A DNA stretch of 64,000 nucleotides from a bacterium (GTDB lineage Bacteria > Calditrichota > Calditrichia > RBG-13-44-9): positions 2,812,734-2,876,733 of the forward strand of contig CP070707.1 in the NCBI GenBank assembly GCA_020350205.1, given 5' to 3'. Of the stretch, positions 48,300-57,434 are shown piece by piece. Positions within the stretch are counted from its first letter, which is position 1; each line of letters begins with the position of its first letter. The translations under genes and the position numbers were made by a program. The notes under the pieces were generated by a model. That model ran no database searches. It saw nothing but the letters and a program-made list of their open reading frames with translations, and was not told the DNA's origin.

Positions 48300-49399
48300 C
48301 ATGCAAATATTATCATGATAGTGAAATATTTGAAAATTACTTGCTCAATCGACTTTCCCAAACCGAGCGGTCCGATTTTAATATTCATCTTGAAACATGT
48401 GAAGAATGCCGGACAAAGCTGGAGAAAGAAAAATTGCTGTTTATCGGCCTGCGAGAAATTGGTAAGCAGGAAATGAAAGATGAGATCAGACGTCAGGTTT
48501 TATCGAAACAGCGAGAAAAGACAAGCGCGGATTGGGGAATTATTCTGAAAGTCGCAGCAGTCATTCTTTTTGTTGTCATTACACCCAGTCTGATATATTA
48601 TTATCAATATATGACACCCGAACTGGGGCAATACAGCATGAAAGAAAAAGCCCCGGCCATGGAGACCGAAACCGGTCAGTCAAGAACCGAACCTGAGGAA
48701 CAGGAACTTCCCGGGAGGAGACATGTCCTAGCAGAAGATGCCAGCGTTAATGATGCAAAAAAAGGACAGCTCAGAGTAGAGGCATCTGATCAAGCATTAA
48801 AAAAACGATCGATTTCCCCGGCAGAAGAGATCCCAACGAGTGGAGATGCCCTGGCAGTTAGCGAAACAGTTGATGAAGACCGAGCAGATCGAGAGATTCA
48901 AAAAGAGGAACCGGCAGCACCACAGCAGGGTGTTCCGGCAGAAGAAATGGATTTGATGAGCAGGGGTAAAATAGCACCTGCTTTGGCTCACGAAGGTCAA
49001 GTATTACATTATGAAAAGGATACCGCCCTCTCAATATCCAGAGATCAAAAATCAACTTATTACCAGCGACAGACATTATCCGAACTGACCCAAGCTCAAA
49101 AAACCTGGCAATTCAGACAAGCTTCCCAGAATATAATCCTTCAGCTTCAATTACGTAACGATTTGGTATTGAAGAACGAAAAATTTCCGGAAAAGACACC
49201 TGCACAGGTCATTCGCCAGGATTCACTGGAAACAATGATACAATGGCAGGTACCCCCAGAAATTTATAATTTGGATCCAAACCAGGTGACACTCTACCTA
49301 TCTGATTCCAAAACCCTCCAGATTAAATTACCGGCAAATGTCAGTTATCGTATTGATCTTGAACAGAGATTACAGGAAGCAGTCCAAGTTAGCCCCTGA
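48296..49399 (+). CDS. Putative anti-sigma factor (zinc-finger HxxxCxxC, TM, extracytoplasmic domain)
   Basis: HLETCEECR, a single TM segment, a long acidic linker; overlaps the sigma gene stop (ATGA). Confidence 0.8.
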   Translation: MTCKYYHDSEIFENYLLNRLSQTERSDFNIHLETCEECRTKLEKEKLLFIGLREIGKQEMKDEIRRQVLSKQREKTSADWGIILKVAAVILFVVITPSLIYYYQYMTPELGQYSMKEKAPAMETETGQSRTEPEEQELPGRRHVLAEDASVNDAKKGQLRVEASDQALKKRSISPAEEIPTSGDALAVSETVDEDRADREIQKEEPAAPQQGVPAEEMDLMSRGKIAPALAHEGQVLHYEKDTALSISRDQKSTYYQRQTLSELTQAQKTWQFRQASQNIILQLQLRNDLVLKNEKFPEKTPAQVIRQDSLETMIQWQVPPEIYNLDPNQVTLYLSDSKTLQIKLPANVSYRIDLEQRLQEAVQVSP

Positions 49400-49487
49400 T
49401 ATAAGGTTGGCCTTATCCGGAGACCAATCAAAAGTAACGAGAGCACAATCAGAAATATTTACTCTCCCGGAAACACTGCCACCACTT

Positions 49488-50342
49488 TCACTTTCGGGAT
49501 AGTATATCTATAAAACCATAAATATTACTGAAATACTGCTCGGTCTGACTTTGCACGATAGCACCGTGCTCCATACCCGCTGCAATCCAGATTGATTTTA
49601 GTGTGGAGGGACATAACTCATACAATGTGTAAATAACATCCGCAGTTATTATTTCATCGGCAGAACCCGTAAAAGCGTAAAACCCGGTCTTTTTGAAGTT
49701 TTTAATTGCCTCCTCCGGTTCCAATCCTTTGGCTATAAGACTTTCATTTTTAAATCTTCGAGAATCATTCCCGGCTTGCTGTATTAAATTAATTCTCTGC
49801 AGGACTTTAGATGTGTTTTCATAAGGACCCTCGGCAATTACTGCTGTAATATCGTCTCTGCTACCTGCAACACTTATCGCCAAACAAGCTCCCATGGAAT
49901 GGCCGAATAAAATTATCTCTTTGGAATACTTATCTTTAACATGATCAATGGCGGCATGCAGGTCCGTAATAAATTCCCGGTAAATTAACATGTCCTGATC
50001 TATTTCAAATTCAGAACTTTTACCAAAACCACGGTAATCAAACAACAGAATATTAAATCCATTTTGGGAAAATTCTACCGCATAATCCAGGAAATAACTC
50101 ATATTTCCCGCATCACCATAGGTAAATATGATGGAAGGCTTTTCATTTTTTTCCAACTGAGAATAGATATACCAGCCAGCCAATGTAACGCTATCGCGGG
50201 TCGTAATAGAGACCGAATCATATTTACATCCATAAGCTGCTGGGGTTTTGATATATTCAGCATATGGTTTCATCGAATAGATGTTCATGGAAAAAATTAA
50301 AATGACGAAGATAACGATTCGTAAATAAGCAATCATATGCAT
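49488..50342 (-). CDS. Alpha/beta hydrolase, exported
   Basis: LFDYRGFGKS, nucleophile elbow GHSMG, Asp in GSADE, His in GMEHG. Confidence 0.9.
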   Translation of the reverse strand: MHMIAYLRIVIFVILIFSMNIYSMKPYAEYIKTPAAYGCKYDSVSITTRDSVTLAGWYIYSQLEKNEKPSIIFTYGDAGNMSYFLDYAVEFSQNGFNILLFDYRGFGKSSEFEIDQDMLIYREFITDLHAAIDHVKDKYSKEIILFGHSMGACLAISVAGSRDDITAVIAEGPYENTSKVLQRINLIQQAGNDSRRFKNESLIAKGLEPEEAIKNFKKTGFYAFTGSADEIITADVIYTLYELCPSTLKSIWIAAGMEHGAIVQSQTEQYFSNIYGFIDILSRK

Positions 50343-50412
50343 TCTCTGCTCCTAACTTGCAACAGACCGGTTTACCTGCACTTATTAATTTTTAATCACG
50401 AACGAGGACTAT

Positions 50413-51243
50413 TTATCCACACCCTCCCGTGTGAATTGCATCCAGGTCTACCTCAATGTTTTCCCTGATCTGACGCTGCAGATAGAGCCGCCAGGCATTC
50501 TCAATCTGCTCCGGATCGCCTCCTAACAGCCCTTCCAGATCTTCCACTCCGTTCAACCAAATTTGACGAACTTTCGGTATACCGTAAGTCTGGTGGATAA
50601 AACTGATAAAACTTGCTGCCGAGATACCCGCCCTAATCTCACCAAGGCTTTTGAAATCATTAAAAAGTTGTTCTAACTTCGGTAATTGGCCGTTCGACAA
50701 AAAATGAAAAGCGATTTCATTTACTGAATATCGCTGACACCAACCGTCACAATAAATAGCGATACCTTCAATCATCCACTGACTACTGGGGTGGGGAGAC
50801 CCCCAACCTCCCATGGTAACAATATGGGCGAACTCATGTTTTTCGAAGGACCGCCAATCGGGATTCAGCACTAAAAAAATACCGTTACCGGTCCAATCCG
50901 AGAAACCTGAATATCGGTGACCAACAATTCTTTCCATTTCAGCGCGGGATTCGAGGTAAAATACGTTTAATGGAAGTCCATTTGGAGAATCATCTAAGAG
51001 TGTCAAAACCTCGTCAACGGAAGATGTTGCGCTGTGAAGTAACATCATTCGATGTCTTTCAGCAAATGAATTCTCTTGATAGAATATCTTAATGTTATCT
51101 GAAGAAAAAGACTGCCAGGAGAAAGTTGAATCATCTATTGCCTTTTGAACAAAACTTTCAAACGGTTTGGCTGAAACGGATGTTATCAAGATTAGCAGAA
51201 GTAAAGTTTTGGCAGGTTTTAAAAAGCCATAGATATTAAACAT
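50413..51243 (-). CDS. Peptidase MA-like (gluzincin) metalloprotease, exported
   Basis: KHEFAH (HExxH) followed by WMIEGIA; signal peptide. Confidence 0.8.
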   Translation of the reverse strand: MFNIYGFLKPAKTLLLLILITSVSAKPFESFVQKAIDDSTFSWQSFSSDNIKIFYQENSFAERHRMMLLHSATSSVDEVLTLLDDSPNGLPLNVFYLESRAEMERIVGHRYSGFSDWTGNGIFLVLNPDWRSFEKHEFAHIVTMGGWGSPHPSSQWMIEGIAIYCDGWCQRYSVNEIAFHFLSNGQLPKLEQLFNDFKSLGEIRAGISAASFISFIHQTYGIPKVRQIWLNGVEDLEGLLGGDPEQIENAWRLYLQRQIRENIEVDLDAIHTGGCG

Positions 51244-51322
51244 TCACGATCCTTACAAAATATTGTTCTAACATATCAGTCATTTATTCGAATACTATCG
51301 TCACAGCGCTCCGGGATCTCGG

Positions 51323-51874
51323 CTAGAGCGATGTCGTGATATATCTGGTGAGGCTAGAATCCTCTTTCAGATTTCTTCCAGTATTATTTTCATCCATGAA
51401 ATTGAGATTAATCCGGATATCCATGAGTCCGACATCAATCGAATCATGAACCGTAGATAAAGCTCCCGGAATCTTTCCGGTTCCCTGCTGGATATATGAT
51501 TGGCTAAAGAATAAAATGAAAAGTGCAACCACAACAGTCGCTGCTAATGCTTGATAAAGAGGAATTCTGTAAGAGAATAACAATTTTATTTTTTCGAGAA
51601 ATTTCAGAAAACCGGGGTCTGTTTTTCTATGGACTTCGCGAAATCGGGAAACTAAAACCTGACGTGTTGATTTTCGTGGTTCTATCTTCAACTTCTCATC
51701 GACTCTCATTCCAGCCCGCAGGTAATTCATATTTTCTTGAAATTCTCTGCACGATCGACAGTCTTTCATATGCTTTCTAATGCGTGATTTTTCGGCAGAA
51801 AGCAGATGATCTTTCTTCATATTTAACAGAATATTCTGAACAATTTGACATTCGGCTTTGAATTTATTGGTCAT
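51323..51874 (-). CDS. Putative anti-sigma factor (zf-HC2-like, single TM)
   Basis: HMKDCRSC, one TM segment, immediately downstream of the ECF sigma gene. Confidence 0.8.
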   Translation of the reverse strand: MTNKFKAECQIVQNILLNMKKDHLLSAEKSRIRKHMKDCRSCREFQENMNYLRAGMRVDEKLKIEPRKSTRQVLVSRFREVHRKTDPGFLKFLEKIKLLFSYRIPLYQALAATVVVALFILFFSQSYIQQGTGKIPGALSTVHDSIDVGLMDIRINLNFMDENNTGRNLKEDSSLTRYITTSL

Positions 51875-51877
51875 AAC

Positions 51878-52471
51878 TTATACCTCACTGTAAACGGGAT
51901 TTAGATCCTTTAAGTCTTGTCCTAATTTCCGGGTCAGATAAAACAATCGGGATTTCAGAGTTCCTTCCTTCATACCGGTGATCTCAGAGATCTCCTTAAT
52001 AGACAAGTCTTCCTGAAAGCGAAGAATGAAAATCAACCGTTGCTCGGGTCCCAATTTATAGAGTTTCTTTTCCAGGGCACTCTGAAATAATTTTGTATCC
52101 AGATATTTTTCCATTCCATTTCCTGATTCGGAAAATTTTCCGCTATCTTTTTCCTTTTGATTAAATCTTCTGCGAATTTCCAGACGTCGATATTCATTTT
52201 TGCATTGATTATGAGCGATCGTATAAAGCCAGGTCGAAAATTTTTTTTGATGATCAAAAAGCTCTGGTTTTTCAACTATTTTAAGAAAAAGATCCTGCAA
52301 AAAATCCTGTGCCTTTTCGTGATCCCCAAATAACATCCTGTAAAAATAATAAAGCAATTTTTTACTGTAACGTTCATATAATTCAAGAAAAGCGTCTTCA
52401 TTTCCCTGCTGAACAAACATCATCAACTGTTCATCAGAAGTCAGTTTATATTTTTTCCGCAGAAAATTCAT
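51878..52471 (-). CDS. ECF sigma-70 factor
   Basis: SDEQLM..VQQG..AF.ELYERY, AQDFLQD, FSTWLYTIAHN.CKN, LSIKEI..ITG..EGT.KSRL. Confidence 0.95.
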   Translation of the reverse strand: MNFLRKKYKLTSDEQLMMFVQQGNEDAFLELYERYSKKLLYYFYRMLFGDHEKAQDFLQDLFLKIVEKPELFDHQKKFSTWLYTIAHNQCKNEYRRLEIRRRFNQKEKDSGKFSESGNGMEKYLDTKLFQSALEKKLYKLGPEQRLIFILRFQEDLSIKEISEITGMKEGTLKSRLFYLTRKLGQDLKDLNPVYSEV

Positions 52472-52527
52472 ATCGAAAGGTTCACTTAGGTCGCCTTCGT
52501 TTAATTTATACGTCGTTAATATATATT

Positions 52528-53718
52528 TTATTGTACTCGAATTCCTTTTTTTTCGAAATCTTTCATCAACTCATCATCAAAGCCGGTCTTCTTTGCCAGG
52601 TACAATGCCTCTTCCGCCCAATATTTTGCTGTTTCATCTTCACCGCTCTCGTGATAATGCTCAGTCAAATTGACCATTCCGGCCACGTAGTTGAGATTCA
52701 ATTTATCCATCAAACTGGTGGCCAGATAATCTTCACTATACCAGTCATATTTTAAATAATCGAGACGAAAATTATTTATATTCTTTTTGATTACGGCTTT
52801 ATTATCAATTCTCTCCTTACTGTATTTGTAAGCTAGCCCAACAATGTAGAGATTTTCCTTGATCGATTCGATAAATTTCTCATAGACCGTGAGTGCATAA
52901 TAAACCGGAACATCTGGATAAATTTCTGTGATATAGGTTCCGAGGGCAGCGGCAAATTCAGGACTGCGGTAAGCAGGCAATTTACCATAATCAACTTTAA
53001 TACCTTTTTCCATAAGTTTCCGTTCAAGATATTGCTTATCAGCCATCATCAAAGACGTATTTAACACGGTAACATCGGACCTAACATTTTTAATCCTCTG
53101 AAGCATCCATACCGGATAGGTATCATTGTCACCATTAGTAAATAAGATTGCATTTTTTGAAGTGGACATGAGTACGTTATAATTATAATGAAGAAGCCCA
53201 GGTGCCATATCCCGGCTGTGATACCATTTCTCAAGAAACTCTCGCATTTTTTTCTCATTTCCCACATATTCATAATGACCGACAAAATCGCTGTATAATT
53301 CTGGTTGATCTGGATCGAGTTCAAAGGCTTTTTCCAGAAATTCTATCTCACCTACTTTGGCATCATTTTTATGTTTCAGAAAATAATAAGTATAAGAATT
53401 AGGTATGGCTTTTCCCATATCATCAATGATTTCACTCAATTTTTGTCTCTTTTCTTTGGTGTGTATAGTTTCTGTGAATTTGGCATATCGAACAGCATTG
53501 TAATAATTTCTCCAAGCTACAGCGTTTTTTGGATTCCTGTCAATTTCGGTTTTCCAAAGATCAGCCTGTTTTACATACCATTCATTCGGTTTTTGAACAT
53601 AAATCACACTGTACACATTTTCAGGCTGATCTTTTTCGGACGCACAAAAAAGTGAAAAAGGAATTATCGCCGAAAAAATAAATACAAAAATACTTGTGGT
53701 AAGAAGCACAGATTTCAT
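52528..53718 (-). CDS. Exported TPR-like protein containing a DUF2723/TMEM260-like soluble domain
   Basis: Signal peptide, helical repeats, and NAILFTNGDNDTYPVWMLQ...RSDVTVLNTSL, which resembles the post-membrane domain of DUF2723 proteins. No polytopic TM region. Confidence 0.65.
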   Translation of the reverse strand: MKSVLLTTSIFVFIFSAIIPFSLFCASEKDQPENVYSVIYVQKPNEWYVKQADLWKTEIDRNPKNAVAWRNYYNAVRYAKFTETIHTKEKRQKLSEIIDDMGKAIPNSYTYYFLKHKNDAKVGEIEFLEKAFELDPDQPELYSDFVGHYEYVGNEKKMREFLEKWYHSRDMAPGLLHYNYNVLMSTSKNAILFTNGDNDTYPVWMLQRIKNVRSDVTVLNTSLMMADKQYLERKLMEKGIKVDYGKLPAYRSPEFAAALGTYITEIYPDVPVYYALTVYEKFIESIKENLYIVGLAYKYSKERIDNKAVIKKNINNFRLDYLKYDWYSEDYLATSLMDKLNLNYVAGMVNLTEHYHESGEDETAKYWAEEALYLAKKTGFDDELMKDFEKKGIRVQ

Positions 53719-53880
53719 GTTTTGTTCTCCTTAAAGTTATCGAAGGTGAGTAAATAGCATTTTAAAATCATTTACTGTTAGTACACCCAGATTTGAAAAA
53801 CGTTTAAAAAAAATATTATTGCCCGGTAACTTTTTATTCCGCCCCTCGTAAAAATGTCTAAAAACTATTGAGAATCTAAA

Positions 53881-54036
53881 ATGATCTTATTCTTAAAAAT
53901 ATTATTTTACCTGACCATTGCAGTCCCCTTCATTTATATGATTTCAGATGTATTTGTGCATGTAGTAAAAGGGACTTATCAGATATATTCTAAACGACTT
54001 AAGCCAGTCATCATACTGGCGATAACCAGACATTAA
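53881..54036 (+). CDS. Small hydrophobic protein (51 aa), below the ORF-track cutoff
   Basis: MILFLKILFYLTIAVPFIYMISDVFVHVVKGTYQIYSKRLKPVIILAITRH*, followed 40 bp later by a strong terminator. RBS is weak. Confidence 0.4.
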   Translation: MILFLKILFYLTIAVPFIYMISDVFVHVVKGTYQIYSKRLKPVIILAITRH

Positions 54037-54075
54037 CCTTCCTAAAACACCTCCAAAGAATGACGCAGTACCGCT

Positions 54076-54102
54076 ACGGCTCCATGAAGGAGCCGTTTTT
54101 TT
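54076..54102 (+). terminator. Rho-independent terminator
   Basis: ACGGCTCC-ATGAA-GGAGCCGT followed by T6. Confidence 0.8.
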
Positions 54103-54265
54103 ATGGATTAAATTGAGAAAATTTTAACCTTTATGCTCAGGAATTGATGCTCATTTTAATCTCCAGGTCGTGATCATACAAAAATTTAGAAAAATAATAA
54201 GTTTTTCTGACTCGTGCCGATAATGTTCTCAAGATTACAGAGTGGTCGTAAAAGTGAGGTTTAAA

Positions 54266-55696
54266 ATGAATTCAACATTCAAGGCTTATTTGCACTTTGT
54301 CTTAATAACCGGATTAATTCTTGGTATTTTGGGAGGATGTTCTCATAAAAAGGCTTATAAAAAAGCGCTGGAATATGAGAAGGCAGGAAGATATGTCGAA
54401 TCTGCAGAAAAGGATCTCGAAGCACTGGATAAGAAATCAGATTTTACTGAAGCCAAGGAACATTTGAATAGTGTAGCCCCTATGGCATATCAGGAACTTC
54501 TGGGGAAAGCTGAAAATTTTGAGAGAAATAGCCAATGGGTTGAAGCAATTAATTCATGGCAGCATTTGGAAATATTACTTAATCGTTTTCAGCGTCAGAA
54601 TATTCATTTGACAACAGTAGATACCAAAAGTCGCCTGAACCAAGCCAAGCAAAAAGGAACAATCTATCACTACAGTCAGGGACAGCAGACATTTCAATCC
54701 GGTCAATATTTGGCGGCAATCGATCATTATAAAAAAGTCATGACCATATCAGGGAATTATTTGGAAACCCAGCGAAAATTATGGGAATCTTATATGCGAT
54801 TAGGAGATCAAAAATTAAGCAGCAGGGAGTATGCCGGCGCAGTAGAGTACTATCAGGCTGCATTGGGTTACACATCAAATCCTGCCTCAACAAATCCCCA
54901 GATCGCAGAAGCTTTTTACCGCTGGGCTGACAAATATTATACCGAGAGTAATTATCGCGAGGCTACCGAAAAATTTGAAAGCGTGCTCACGGTCGTTCCA
55001 AATTACCGTGACGCCAAAATACGTCGGGAGGATGCTTACCAAAAAGCCCTGAAACGGGTTGCCATTCTTCCCTTTAAGGATAACACCGCATCAAATTCAC
55101 AATATGCTCAATTATTGACCGATAATATCATCAATAATTGTATTAAGGAGAATCTCAAGTATGCTACTTTCATGAACCGGGCACATATCGATTTGATTCT
55201 GGAAGAGCACAAACTGGCAATGGCAGGCGTCGTCGATCCTAATAAAGCTTCAGAAATGGGCAAACTGGAGGGTATTCATTATTTTGTCACCGGAAGCATT
55301 ACCCAGGTACTTCAACAAAATTCAGCACCTAAATATGTGGATCAGACCTATAACAAGGTTTACACAGAAAAAGATACCGCCGGAAATGCTATTCAGAAAA
55401 CCCAACCGATCAACTACCGGCAATATACATCCTCCCGGGGGGTACAAATAACTGCCAGTTTTCAGGTGGTGGAAGTAGAAACCGGTCGTTATATCACCGG
55501 AGATAATTTCACAGAGAAAATAACAGATGAAGCCAGCTGGATACGATATACTGGCAGCATTTCAGATCTTCCCGAGGACAAACAAAAACTGGCAAGTACC
55601 AAACCAGAGTTGCGTTCCCTGGACTTACTCCTCGGGGATGGATTACAGTCAATTTCCGGTAAGATCAGTGGCCAGATCGTGACCCTGCTTAAATGA
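54266..55696 (+). CDS. TPR lipoprotein with a C-terminal CsgG/HfaB-like domain
   Basis: Lipobox LGGC (ATG 54266), TPR repeats, then RVAILPF...IDLILEEHKL..G.VD...A.E.GKL.GI.YFVTGSI. Confidence 0.8.
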   Translation: MNSTFKAYLHFVLITGLILGILGGCSHKKAYKKALEYEKAGRYVESAEKDLEALDKKSDFTEAKEHLNSVAPMAYQELLGKAENFERNSQWVEAINSWQHLEILLNRFQRQNIHLTTVDTKSRLNQAKQKGTIYHYSQGQQTFQSGQYLAAIDHYKKVMTISGNYLETQRKLWESYMRLGDQKLSSREYAGAVEYYQAALGYTSNPASTNPQIAEAFYRWADKYYTESNYREATEKFESVLTVVPNYRDAKIRREDAYQKALKRVAILPFKDNTASNSQYAQLLTDNIINNCIKENLKYATFMNRAHIDLILEEHKLAMAGVVDPNKASEMGKLEGIHYFVTGSITQVLQQNSAPKYVDQTYNKVYTEKDTAGNAIQKTQPINYRQYTSSRGVQITASFQVVEVETGRYITGDNFTEKITDEASWIRYTGSISDLPEDKQKLASTKPELRSLDLLLGDGLQSISGKISGQIVTLLK

Positions 55697-55720
55697 GCGA
55701 AATTAGCATATATGGGCTTT

Positions 55721-56419
55721 TCAAGAATTTGCCCGTGTAACAATTTCACGGGCTAAAATGTCCATCGGATCGAGTATTCGCATATTAAAGTTGAGTTCCT
55801 GGACGATCAATGCGACCTCTGTACAACCAGAAATTATAAGTATCGGGTCCCTCTTCTGTAAAAATTCCAGTGCATGACGAATGAGCGATATATTTTCGGA
55901 ATTTACTTTCGTTTTTTTTACACCATCCTTGCCGTAAATCGCTTCCATGACAAATTTTTCCTGTATCGTTTCAGAGGGAATAACGACCTGATATCTCTCT
56001 AAAAATTTATGGTATAAGCCCGTTCGTAACGCCCCGGTGGTTGTTAAAAGCCCTAGAAGGCTTCCTTCAGGGATATTATTATCCAGGTAAGACGCCAGGA
56101 GTGCAATCATATGTAATACCGGAATTTTTATAGACCTGCTGATATCCTGGTAGAAGAGGTGGGCAGTATTGCAGGCAATGGCAATGAAATCTGCTCCCCA
56201 CTTTTCCAACAGTCGTGCAGATTCTTGTAATTGAGGAAGCGGCGAGGTTCCTTTACCCAATATATACTCCGTGCGGTCCGGTATTTGAGGTCGGTTATCG
56301 ACTAAAATTCGCAGGTGCTGCTGTTCTTTTTCAACCGGGGTGAGATCGTAAATCTTCCGTAATAGTTCTATCGTAGAAAGGGGACCCATTCCTCCTATAA
56401 TGCCAACAATCTTGGACAT
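55721..56419 (-). CDS. Aspartate/glutamate racemase family protein
   Basis: IGIIGGMGPLST, QIPDRT, and two catalytic Cys in IACNTAH and SGCTEV. ATG 56419 preferred. Confidence 0.92.
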   Translation of the reverse strand: MSKIVGIIGGMGPLSTIELLRKIYDLTPVEKEQQHLRILVDNRPQIPDRTEYILGKGTSPLPQLQESARLLEKWGADFIAIACNTAHLFYQDISRSIKIPVLHMIALLASYLDNNIPEGSLLGLLTTTGALRTGLYHKFLERYQVVIPSETIQEKFVMEAIYGKDGVKKTKVNSENISLIRHALEFLQKRDPILIISGCTEVALIVQELNFNMRILDPMDILAREIVTRANS

Positions 56420-56738
56420 ATAATTACCCGCATTTATTCTTCGCAAAATAGCACTTCATTTGTCGCTAAATTTTCTTTTTATTTATTTAAAACTCAACTG
56501 AAAATTAATAAATTTCATGGTCTATTAAATTTTGAAGGATTATAAACACACGAATGGATAACAGTGAATGCAGCGGAATGATAATCTTACCGAAAATGAT
56601 GCCAATAAAATCTCGCTCAATAGGAATATCACAAAAAAATCAAGATGTTTTTACCCATCTGACTTTTATTTTAAATTGACAATCAGCAGGAAAAAAATTA
56701 CCTTGATATGATAATTTGGGCCTTTCAGCACAATTTTA

Positions 56739-57422
56739 GTGAGGACTATTATGAAAATTAAACCTGATCTCATTGAAGAAATTAATCAGTTGGTATGTGC
56801 CGGTTTACTGGAGGGCGCTTCTGAAAAACTGAAAGCAATCCTGGCCCATAATGAAGATAGTTGTATTTTTCAGAAAATGCTCGGTGATCTTTACTATCTG
56901 CAGGGCCAGGTAAACGAAGCCATTGAAACCTTTGAAAAAATTGTTAAAAAAAATCCTCGCTTTACCTCTGCTCTTTATGGTCTGGGCATTGCTTATTATC
57001 GAGCCGGGAAACTCAGTAAAGCGATTAAACAATTCGAACAGATTATTGAAATTAATCCTCAATTGGCCATGGCCTACTACTGGCTGGGAATTTCATACCG
57101 GCATTTTGGAGAAGAAGAAAAGTCTATCGAATCTTACCGGAAATTAATTGAGATCAGCCCCGAATCAGAAATTGCGTATTACCATTTGGCCGGTGTCTAC
57201 ATGTTTAAAAGAAATTACCGGGAAGCTACCAAATATCTGAAACAGCTCTCTGAGAAGTCAACCGAAAACGCAGAAGTTTTTTACCGGCTTGGATTATGTT
57301 ATCACAATATGGGTAATTATGAAAAGGCTGTATATAATTATAAAAAAGCCCTGGAATTAAATCCGGACAATTCCCGTTGTCAGGAAATGCTGGATTTGAT
57401 TATCCATGTGGATGAGCCATAG
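56739..57422 (+). CDS. Tetratricopeptide repeat protein
   Basis: About six consecutive TPR units (A.Y.LG..Y...G...AI..F...IE.NP). Confidence 0.9.
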   Translation: MRTIMKIKPDLIEEINQLVCAGLLEGASEKLKAILAHNEDSCIFQKMLGDLYYLQGQVNEAIETFEKIVKKNPRFTSALYGLGIAYYRAGKLSKAIKQFEQIIEINPQLAMAYYWLGISYRHFGEEEKSIESYRKLIEISPESEIAYYHLAGVYMFKRNYREATKYLKQLSEKSTENAEVFYRLGLCYHNMGNYEKAVYNYKKALELNPDNSRCQEMLDLIIHVDEP

Positions 57423-57434
57423 GTTATTTTCCGG

